In this document: positions 56,792 to 64,000 of the stretch, piece after piece | Layout of the letters: each line of letters begins with the position of its first letter | Position numbering within the stretch: position 1 is the stretch's first letter | Assembly: GCA_021823345.1 (NCBI GenBank) | Contig: JAKAOF010000001.1 | Coordinates: 26,062 to 90,061, forward strand | Source of the DNA: Thermoplasmata archaeon | Lineage (GTDB): Archaea > Thermoplasmatota > Thermoplasmata > Lutacidiplasmatales > UBA184 | DNA: 64,000 nt | Direction: 5' to 3' | Program-made: the position numbers and the translations under genes | Notes under the pieces: model-generated | Databases searched by the model: none | Told to the model about the DNA's origin: nothing | What the model saw: the letters and a program-made list of their open reading frames with translations, nothing else

Positions 56792-58807
56792 ATGACCGAG
56801 CTCGACGAACTCTGCGTCAACACGCTCCGATTCCTCTCCGTGGACATGGTCGAGAAGGCGAAGTCCGGACATCCGGGGCTTCCGCTCGGAGCCGCTCCGA
56901 TGGCCTATGCCCTTTGGGACGGATTCCTTCGGCACAATCCCGGCAATCCCCAGTGGGCGAACCGGGATCGGTTCGTGCTTTCGGCGGGCCACGGCTCGGC
57001 GCTGCTCTACTCCCTGCTCTTCGCCACCGGATACGACCTCTCGATCGAGGACCTTCGTCAGTTCCGCCAGGTCGGTAGCAAGACGCCCGGACACCCGGAG
57101 TACCGGCACACGCCGGGGGTCGAGGCGACCACGGGTCCCTTGGGGCAAGGGTTCGCCATGGGGGTCGGGATGGCCATCGCCGAGGCCAGCCTTGCCTCCC
57201 GGTTCAACCGGGACGGGTTCCCGGTCGTCAACCATCACACGTACGGGATCGTGTCCGACGGGGATCTCATGGAAGGGATCGCCTCGGAAGCCGCATCCCT
57301 GGCCGGGCGGTTGCGGCTCGGGAAGCTGATTTACCTCTACGACGACAACCACGTTTCGCTCGAAGGGCAGACTCAGCTCTCCTTCACGGAGAACGTGGTC
57401 GAGCGCTTCCGCGCGTACGGTTGGAGCTGCATCGAGGTTCCGGACGGGAACGATCTGGGTGCGATCGCCGCTGCGATCTCCCGGGCGATCCAGGAAGGTA
57501 ACGCCCCGACCCTCATCGCCGTGCGCACCCATATCGGCTACGGGAGCCCGAGGCAGGACACCAAGGACGCCCACGGCGAACCGCTGGGGGCGGAGAACAC
57601 GCGACTGACCAAGCAGAAGTTGGGGTGGCCGACCGAGCCCCCGTTCCTCGTACCCGCGGAGGCCCTCCAACACCTGCGCCAAGCGCGCGAGCGGGGTGCT
57701 CGTCAGGAGAGCGAGTGGAACGAACTCTTCCAGGCCTATCACGTCGCCCACCCGGACCTGGCGAAGGAGCTCGACCGGATGCTCCGGGGGGAGCGTCCCG
57801 CGGGCTGGGAGAACTCGCTCCCGGATTTCTCGAAGGAAACCTCTCCCCTGGCGACCCGCGAGGCATCCGAACGGGTCTTGAACGCGCTCACCCCGGTGCT
57901 TGCGGAGATCGTGGGCGGTTCCGCGGATCTCGCCCCCTCGACCAAGACGCTCATGCGGGACGCCGGGTCCTTCCTCGCCGCCTCCTCGACCGGGCGTAAC
58001 CTACACTTCGGGGTACGGGAGAACGCGATGGCCGCGATGGTGAACGGCATGGCGCTGCATGGGGGTCTGTACCCCTATGGGGCCACCTTCCTCGTGTTCT
58101 CCGACTATGCGCGGCCCGCGCTTCGACTCGCTGCCCTGATGCGGACCCGGTCCCTGTTCATCTTCACGCACGACAGCATCTGGGTGGGCGAGGACGGACC
58201 CACGCACCAGCCGATCGAGCACGTCGCCAGCCTGCGGACCATCCCGGGCCTCACGGTCATTCGTCCCGGCGATGCCAATGAAGTGTCGGCCGCCTGGAAG
58301 GTGGCGGTCGAGCAGTCCGGCCCGGTCGTTTTCGCCCTCACCCGGCAGAAGCTTCCCATCCTGAAGGAGGTGGCCGGGCGTGCCATGGAGGGGGTCGGAC
58401 GCGGAGCCTACATCGTCTCGGACTCGGATCGAGAGGTCCCTCGGGTCGTCCTCATCGCGACCGGTTCTGAACTTCCCCTGGCGCTCGAGGCGAAGCAAAA
58501 GCTCGCCGAAGCGGGACACGGGGTTCGGGTGGTCTCCATGCCTTCCTGGGAGCTCTTCGAGCGGCAGGATTCGGTTTACCGCAAGTCGATCCTTCCGGAC
58601 TCTGTGCCGCGGGTCTCGGTGGAGGCCGGGACCACGTTCGGTTGGTCGCGCTACGTCGGGGACACGGGGCTCTCGATCGGGATCGACCGGTTCGGGATCT
58701 CAGGGCCGGGCCCGGGAGTTGCCTTAGCCCTTGGCCTCACCGCGGACCGGGTGGTGGAGACGGTGCGCTCGATCTTGCAGGGGTCGCGGGGCGCCGGCTC
58801 CTCGTAA
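56792..58807 (+). CDS. tkt: transketolase (full-length, bacterial type)
   Basis: 671 aa with TPP-binding N-terminal domain ([15 protein letters not shown]), Pyr and C-terminal domains in one polypeptide. Confidence 0.95.
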   Translation: MTELDELCVNTLRFLSVDMVEKAKSGHPGLPLGAAPMAYALWDGFLRHNPGNPQWANRDRFVLSAGHGSALLYSLLFATGYDLSIEDLRQFRQVGSKTPGHPEYRHTPGVEATTGPLGQGFAMGVGMAIAEASLASRFNRDGFPVVNHHTYGIVSDGDLMEGIASEAASLAGRLRLGKLIYLYDDNHVSLEGQTQLSFTENVVERFRAYGWSCIEVPDGNDLGAIAAAISRAIQEGNAPTLIAVRTHIGYGSPRQDTKDAHGEPLGAENTRLTKQKLGWPTEPPFLVPAEALQHLRQARERGARQESEWNELFQAYHVAHPDLAKELDRMLRGERPAGWENSLPDFSKETSPLATREASERVLNALTPVLAEIVGGSADLAPSTKTLMRDAGSFLAASSTGRNLHFGVRENAMAAMVNGMALHGGLYPYGATFLVFSDYARPALRLAALMRTRSLFIFTHDSIWVGEDGPTHQPIEHVASLRTIPGLTVIRPGDANEVSAAWKVAVEQSGPVVFALTRQKLPILKEVAGRAMEGVGRGAYIVSDSDREVPRVVLIATGSELPLALEAKQKLAEAGHGVRVVSMPSWELFERQDSVYRKSILPDSVPRVSVEAGTTFGWSRYVGDTGLSIGIDRFGISGPGPGVALALGLTADRVVETVRSILQGSRGAGSS

Positions 58808-59198
58808 GAGGGTCGCGTCCCGATACCTTCCCCCATCAATTTTCCTGATCGATCTTCCAGGTTCCGTACGGAAAAATCGTACTAAGGTATACGCGGGTTC
58901 GGAAACGCTTCGGCCCACTCTTGAGGTCGACGCACCATGTCCTTTGGTGAACGTGCGACGGGTGAGGTCCAGTCTCCCTATCCCCCACCACGAGCCGATC
59001 GAACGGCATAGGGAGGGCTCTCTACCGCCTACTTATGTTGGACGTTGCCTTACCGAAGTCGATGCAAGCCCCACTTGCAGCTTCAGCCGTTGAAACCTGC
59101 CGGCAATCGGTCCGCGCAGTCCCGCTCGTTTCGGCACGACCCCGGTCCTTCTCGAGGATGGTCCAGGAGCCCGAGGGGTTCCGGGAGTAGGGTTCTTC

Positions 59199-60890
59199 AT
59201 GTCCATGGATGCCCAGGAACCCACAACCATCCTCGAGTTCGGGTCGATCCGCGCAGCGCTCGATGGCGCGACCCGGGTCGCCCTCGAAGATCGTCTCCGG
59301 GACTGGGAACAAGCGTCGGTGGGGCGTCGAGTGTGGGAAAAGGACCCCGGCCTGTGGCCCGCCGCCCCGGAGAACGACGTACGTGAGCGACTGGGGTGGC
59401 TGGAACTTCCGGCGCGCATGCCCGCGGAGGTCGCTCCCCTGCGAGATTTCAGCGAATCCGTTCGGGGGCGGGGGATCACGCGTGTCGTTCTTCTCGGGAT
59501 GGGAGGATCGAGCCTCGCTCCAGGGTTGTTACAGGACGTCTATGGCCCTGCGAAGGGATACCCTGTTCTCTCGGTGCTGGACAGCACGCATCCTCGGGCG
59601 GTCGAGACGGAGTGGCGATCGCTGGATCCACCGAATACGCTCTTTCTCGTCTCCAGCAAGTCGGGGACCACGCTCGAACCGCGCTCCTTCTTGCGCTATT
59701 TCGAGGCCGCTCTTCGCGGGGCGGGTGTGGATCCCGGCCCCCATCTTGTGGCGGTGTCCGACCCGGGAACCCCCCTCGCCACCTTGGCCCGCGAGCAGGG
59801 CTTTCTCCGAGTGTTCGAGGCATTGCCGACGGTTGGTGGCCGGTATTCCGCCCTCACTCATTTCGGACTGTTACCCGCCGCCCTCATCGGAGTGGATATC
59901 GCGGAATTGCTGAGGTCGGCGAGCGTAATGGCCGCGGCATGCGGCCCCGACGTCGGCGCGGGGGAGAATCCCGGACTCCGGCTCGGGGCGATTCTCGGTG
60001 AGTCCTATCGACTCGGTCGCGACAAGCTGACCTTCTACGGCTCCGGACGCATGCGCCGTTTTCCGGTGTGGTTGGAACAACTGGTGGCCGAAAGCACGGG
60101 CAAGCAGGGCCGGGGATTCATCCCGGTGGTCGGGGAACCGCTCTTGCCGATCGCCTCGTACCACTCGGACCGCCTGTTCGTGTACCTCGGGGACGGGTCG
60201 GCCCCGGACACCTTGTTGGCCGAGCACCTCGACCATCTCGTGGAAGCCGGGCATCCGGTACTCTGGTTGAATACCTCCGGCGATCCGGGGCTGGGGGCCG
60301 AGTTCTTCCGATGGGAAATGGCCGTGGCCGCGAGCGGGATGATCCTGGGGATCAATCCGTTCGACCAGCCGGACGTGGAGCTCGCCAAGGAGCTCGCGCG
60401 GCACGCCATGGTGGCGGCCGGGAGCGGGAGTCCGGGAGGGCTGGTCGAAGCGGTTCCCCTTTCGGCGGGAGGAGAACTCAACGAGACCCTTCGGACGTGG
60501 CAAGCTCATGCTGAGCGGGGAGACTACCTTTCGCTCCAGGTCTACTTGCCGCCCGATCCCGCCACGGATGCGGAGATAGCCGCCCTGGGAAAGATCCTCG
60601 CAGAACGTCTGCAATTGCCGCTCACGTGGGGCTACGGGCCGCGCTTCCTTCACTCCACCGGGCAATTGCACAAGGGGGGTCCGAACTCCGGTCTCTTCCT
60701 CCAGCTGGTCGACGATCCGCACGACCCCGTGCCGGTCCCGGGAGAGACCTATGGGTTCGGGGACATCATTCGGGCCCAGTCCCTGGGCGATTTCCGAGCG
60801 CTCAAGAGCAAAGGACGAAGGGTGATCCGTATCGCGCTCGGATCCGATGCCTCGGGCCTTCCGCGCCTCCGCGAGGTGCTGCTTGGCTAA
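59199..60890 (+). CDS. pgi: glucose-6-phosphate isomerase (SIS-type PGI)
   Basis: VLLGMGGSSLAP and overall PGI-superfamily pattern. 563 aa. Confidence 0.8.
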   Translation: MSMDAQEPTTILEFGSIRAALDGATRVALEDRLRDWEQASVGRRVWEKDPGLWPAAPENDVRERLGWLELPARMPAEVAPLRDFSESVRGRGITRVVLLGMGGSSLAPGLLQDVYGPAKGYPVLSVLDSTHPRAVETEWRSLDPPNTLFLVSSKSGTTLEPRSFLRYFEAALRGAGVDPGPHLVAVSDPGTPLATLAREQGFLRVFEALPTVGGRYSALTHFGLLPAALIGVDIAELLRSASVMAAACGPDVGAGENPGLRLGAILGESYRLGRDKLTFYGSGRMRRFPVWLEQLVAESTGKQGRGFIPVVGEPLLPIASYHSDRLFVYLGDGSAPDTLLAEHLDHLVEAGHPVLWLNTSGDPGLGAEFFRWEMAVAASGMILGINPFDQPDVELAKELARHAMVAAGSGSPGGLVEAVPLSAGGELNETLRTWQAHAERGDYLSLQVYLPPDPATDAEIAALGKILAERLQLPLTWGYGPRFLHSTGQLHKGGPNSGLFLQLVDDPHDPVPVPGETYGFGDIIRAQSLGDFRALKSKGRRVIRIALGSDASGLPRLREVLLG

Positions 60891-61497
60891 GATCTCCCTA
60901 CTGCTGTTGGACATCGGTGGGGTGCTGCTCTCGAACGCCTGGGACAAGGTGTCCCGTGCCGCAGGTTGCCAACGGTTCGGTCTCGACCAGGACCGTTACG
61001 AGCAGCACCACGCCCAGTTGGTGGACCGGTTCGAACGGGGACACCTGACGCTGTCTCAATATCTCGATGGGACGCTCAACGGCATCGGGCCCGGGCTCTC
61101 TCGCGCGGAGTTCACCGAGTTCATGTTCTCCGAGTCCCATCCGCTGGAAGCGGCCCTCGCGACGGCCCGGGCGCTGGCCCGTGACCGGGTGATCCCGATG
61201 GCGGCGCTGAGCAACGAGTCTCGGGAGCTCAACGAGATGCGCATCCACCGATTCCAGCTGGCGGAGATCTTCCCTCTCTTTTTCAGCTCGTGCTACACGG
61301 GCCTACGAAAACCCGAGCCGAAAGCGTTCCAACAGGTGTTGGAGATGACCCGGCGCCCGCCCGAAGAGTGTCTCTTCGTCGATGACCGGGCGGATAACGT
61401 GGCGACCGCCACGGGGCTAGGGATCCGCGCCGTCCAGCTCACCGACCCTTCGCGTCTGGGGAGGGTCCTTCAGGAATTCGGGATCGAAGGTGGATAG
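60847..61497 (+). CDS. HAD-superfamily hydrolase
   Basis: Motif I LLLDIGGVLLSN, motif IV FVDDRADN. 216 aa. 44-nt overlap with pgi suggests the real start is downstream. Confidence 0.7.
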   Translation: MPRAFRASARCCLAKISLLLLDIGGVLLSNAWDKVSRAAGCQRFGLDQDRYEQHHAQLVDRFERGHLTLSQYLDGTLNGIGPGLSRAEFTEFMFSESHPLEAALATARALARDRVIPMAALSNESRELNEMRIHRFQLAEIFPLFFSSCYTGLRKPEPKAFQQVLEMTRRPPEECLFVDDRADNVATATGLGIRAVQLTDPSRLGRVLQEFGIEGG

Positions 61498-61508
61498 GAG
61501 GCAGTACT

Positions 61509-62423
61509 ATGGAGATCGGGATGGTCGGACTGGGAAAGATGGGCGGCTACATGGTCGAGCGGCTGTTGAAGGGGGGGCACCGGGTCGTGGGCTTTGCCCG
61601 CACGGCGGCGACCGTCGACGAATGGGCGACGAAGGGCATGGTCCCTTCCCACTCGCTCGAGGAGTTGTGCCAGAAACTCGGCGCTCCGCGCATCGTGTGG
61701 CTCATGGTCCCGGCGGGGGCGGCCGTGGATGGGGTGATCGGGGAGCTCCTGCCCCAGCTGCATCCCGGCGACCTCATCGTGGACGGCGGGAACTCCTACT
61801 ATCGGGACACCTTGCGCCGTGCGGCCACGGTCGCTCGTTCCGGGATCGACTACGTGGACGTGGGGACCAGCGGCGGGATTTGGGGACTTACGGAGGGCTA
61901 CAGCATGATGGTCGGGGGCAGCGCCCCCGCGGTGGAGCGGATCCGGCCCGTCCTGGAGACCCTCGCACCGGGGAAGGACAAGGGGTGGGGTCGAGTGGGC
62001 GCGGTCGGTTCCGGCCACTTCGTCAAGATGGTCCACAACGGGATCGAGTACGGCCTCATGGAGGCCTATGCGGAGGGTTTCCAGGTCCTCGAGGCGAAGA
62101 AGGAGTTTGCGCTCGACCTCGCCCAGGTGGCCCGGATATGGCAATCCGGCAGCGTGGTGCGCTCATGGCTCTTGGATCTCACGGAGGAGATCCTGCGGGA
62201 GAACCCCGAGCTCAAGGGCGTGGCCCCCTTTGTCGTCGACTCGGGGGAAGGACGCTGGACGGTGACCGAAGGGCTCGACCTGAACGTCCCCACTCCGGTG
62301 ATCGCGCTGGCGCTGGAGGCTCGGATCCGGTCGCGGGAGGCCGACCCGTTCTCCGACAAGCTGCTCGCCATGATGCGCAACAAGTTCGGTGGGCACGACG
62401 TCCGTAAGGAGTCCTCGCCGTGA
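61509..62423 (+). CDS. gnd: 6-phosphogluconate dehydrogenase, decarboxylating (short ~300 aa form)
   Basis: GLGKMG Rossmann, GHFVKMVHNGIEYG 6PGDH signature. Confidence 0.85.
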   Translation: MEIGMVGLGKMGGYMVERLLKGGHRVVGFARTAATVDEWATKGMVPSHSLEELCQKLGAPRIVWLMVPAGAAVDGVIGELLPQLHPGDLIVDGGNSYYRDTLRRAATVARSGIDYVDVGTSGGIWGLTEGYSMMVGGSAPAVERIRPVLETLAPGKDKGWGRVGAVGSGHFVKMVHNGIEYGLMEAYAEGFQVLEAKKEFALDLAQVARIWQSGSVVRSWLLDLTEEILRENPELKGVAPFVVDSGEGRWTVTEGLDLNVPTPVIALALEARIRSREADPFSDKLLAMMRNKFGGHDVRKESSP

Positions 62424-63877
62424 GTGGGACCGTGGACACCAACCCCCTCTTCGTGATCTTCGGGGCGACCGGGGATCTCATGGGGCGCAAGCTGCTCCCG
62501 GTGCTCCATACCTTCGACACCCACGGGAAGTTGCCGGGCGGTCTCCATGTGCTCGGCGTGGCCCGCAAGCCCTGGGACGACACGGCCTTCCGGGCCTTCG
62601 CCGTGGAGCACCTTCAGCGTGAGGCGCCGGGCGAGGCGGCGAACCGGGCGAACTGGTGCCAACAGCACCTGAATTACCACTCATTGGACACCACCTCGGC
62701 CGCCGGTTGGTCGGCGCTCCGGGCCCGGATCGAGGCGATCGAAAAGGAGCAGGGATTGAGCGGCAACCGGATACTTTACCTTGCCCTTCCCTCGGTCGCG
62801 TTTCCGGAGGTGGTCGAAGGGATCGGGTCCGTGGGTCTCTCCAAGAGCCCCGGGTGGACGCGGGTCGTCATCGAAAAACCCTTCGGTACCGACCTTGCCT
62901 CCGCCCAGGCGCTCAATGCCACCCTGCACCGCGTCTTCGATGAGCGGCAGGTGTACCGGATCGACCACTACCTTGGAAAGGAGACGGTCCAGAACCTGTT
63001 GGTCTTCCGTTTCGCGAACATGTTCATCGAGTCGCTCTGGAACCAGCGTTTCGTGGAGCACGTGCAGATCACGGTGGCGGAGTCCCTCGGGGTGGAAGCC
63101 CGGGCCGCGTACTACGACGGGACGGGTGCGTTGCGCGACATGGTGCAGAACCACCTGACCCAGCTGTTGACCCTGGTCGCCATGGAGGTCCCGCCGAGCT
63201 TCAGTGACAATGCGGTCCGGGACGAGAAGGTGAAGGTACTGCGCTGCATCGAGTCGATCCAACCCTCTGATGTCGTCTTCGGCCAGTACGGGGAGGGCGA
63301 GATCGACGGTAAGAAGGTGCCGGCCTATCGTTCGGAGCCCGAAGTCTCCGCCGCGTCCAACACCGAGACCTTCGTCGCCGTTTGGCTAAGGGTGGCGAAC
63401 TGGCGCTGGCACGGCGTCCCCTTCTTCCTGCGGACCGGGAAGCGGATGCCCGAGAAGTCGACCCGCATTGTCGTGACCTTCCGGTCGCCCCCGATCGCCT
63501 TCTTCCGGAGCGAACAACCTTCCGAGCGCAATCCCGACCGGGTGACGATCATCTTGCAACCCGAGGAGGGATTCGATCTCGCCTTCGAGATCAAGGTCCC
63601 TGGGGACACCCAGCGGACGCAGACGCACAAGATGCACTTCCGTTATGCCGAGGTGTTCGGACCCGTGGCGGACGCGTACGAGACCCTCCTGCTCGACGTG
63701 GTCCGCGGCGACCAGACCCTCTTCGTCCGGGCGGACGAGGTGGAGGAATCCTGGCGCCTCTTCGATCCCGTGCTTCGGGCGAAGCACCCCGTCGTTGTTT
63801 ATCCTGCGGGGACCCGCGGTCCCGAGGAGGCCGCACAACTGGTGGAGAGGGCGGGCCACGAATGGAGCGAGGAGTAG
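62420..63877 (+). CDS. zwf: glucose-6-phosphate 1-dehydrogenase
   Basis: FGATGDL, RIDHYLGKE, and the C-terminal G6PD domain. 4-nt overlap with gnd. Confidence 0.95.
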   Translation: MSGTVDTNPLFVIFGATGDLMGRKLLPVLHTFDTHGKLPGGLHVLGVARKPWDDTAFRAFAVEHLQREAPGEAANRANWCQQHLNYHSLDTTSAAGWSALRARIEAIEKEQGLSGNRILYLALPSVAFPEVVEGIGSVGLSKSPGWTRVVIEKPFGTDLASAQALNATLHRVFDERQVYRIDHYLGKETVQNLLVFRFANMFIESLWNQRFVEHVQITVAESLGVEARAAYYDGTGALRDMVQNHLTQLLTLVAMEVPPSFSDNAVRDEKVKVLRCIESIQPSDVVFGQYGEGEIDGKKVPAYRSEPEVSAASNTETFVAVWLRVANWRWHGVPFFLRTGKRMPEKSTRIVVTFRSPPIAFFRSEQPSERNPDRVTIILQPEEGFDLAFEIKVPGDTQRTQTHKMHFRYAEVFGPVADAYETLLLDVVRGDQTLFVRADEVEESWRLFDPVLRAKHPVVVYPAGTRGPEEAAQLVERAGHEWSEE

Positions 63878-64000
63878 TCCCCGAGGTCGAGGTATTCGCC
63901 GACCCTGCCCAGTTGGCCGAGGCGCTCGCCCGGGATGTGGTAGCGGCCTCGCGACAGGCGGTCGAAGAGCGGGGGCGATTTCTCCTGGTCCTGTCCGGAG
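63862..64000 (+). CDS. pgl: 6-phosphogluconolactonase (5' partial, runs off window)
   Basis: MERGVV...FLLVLSG(G) matches the Pgl/NagB N-terminus. Overlaps the zwf stop. Not in the ORF track because it is truncated. Confidence 0.55.
   Translation, partial: MERGVVPEVEVFADPAQLAEALARDVVAASRQAVEERGRFLLVLSG

Noticed and set aside
58808-59198. 390-nt gap between tkt and pgi as a possible ncRNA
   Set aside because: It contains small hairpins (ccgtacgg) but no recognisable RNA-family features or T-rich terminator. More likely just the pgi promoter/leader. I cannot support it without a covariance search.
1-64000. Search for CRISPR arrays, tRNA/rRNA genes, transposases/integrases
   Set aside because: No short direct-repeat arrays, no T-loop/anticodon-stem-like structures in intergenic regions, no IS- or integrase-like ORFs. 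The only tandem repeats are protein-coding (surface protein).

Overview
High-GC (~65%) archaeal chromosomal segment. Archaeal hallmarks: topoisomerase VI A/B, RNA polymerase subunit Rpo11, aSUI1, ABCE1, Cdc48, diphthine synthase, and a leaderless TATA-box promoter architecture. I found about 50 protein-coding genes. They include a kdpFABC K+-ATPase operon with a Usp-domain protein in place of KdpD/E, a MarR–MFS efflux pair, a translation/RNA cluster (SUI1–Rpo11–Tpt1), and a radical-SAM + UbiD-decarboxylase + EamA block. Also present: NAD kinase/IMPase pair, two Hsp20 genes, an AlkZ/YcaQ-like winged-helix protein, ABCE1, SerRS, Zn-ADH, CysS, cystathionine gamma-lyase and beta-synthase, thiolase with its DUF35 partner, acyl-CoA dehydrogenase, a family-III CoA-transferase, and a GH15 glucoamylase. 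A bacterial-type oxidative pentose-phosphate cluster (tkt–pgi–HAD–gnd–zwf–pgl) is unusual for an archaeon. There are two giant proteins: a 1479-aa TPR protein, and a 1290-aa N-glycosylated surface protein with SprB/Ig-like repeats. Both end in a Pro/Ala-rich linker plus a CxxC zinc ribbon. I found no rRNA, tRNA, CRISPR array, transposase or integrase. Because of the high GC, many long antisense or alternate-frame ORFs appear in the track; I judged these spurious.
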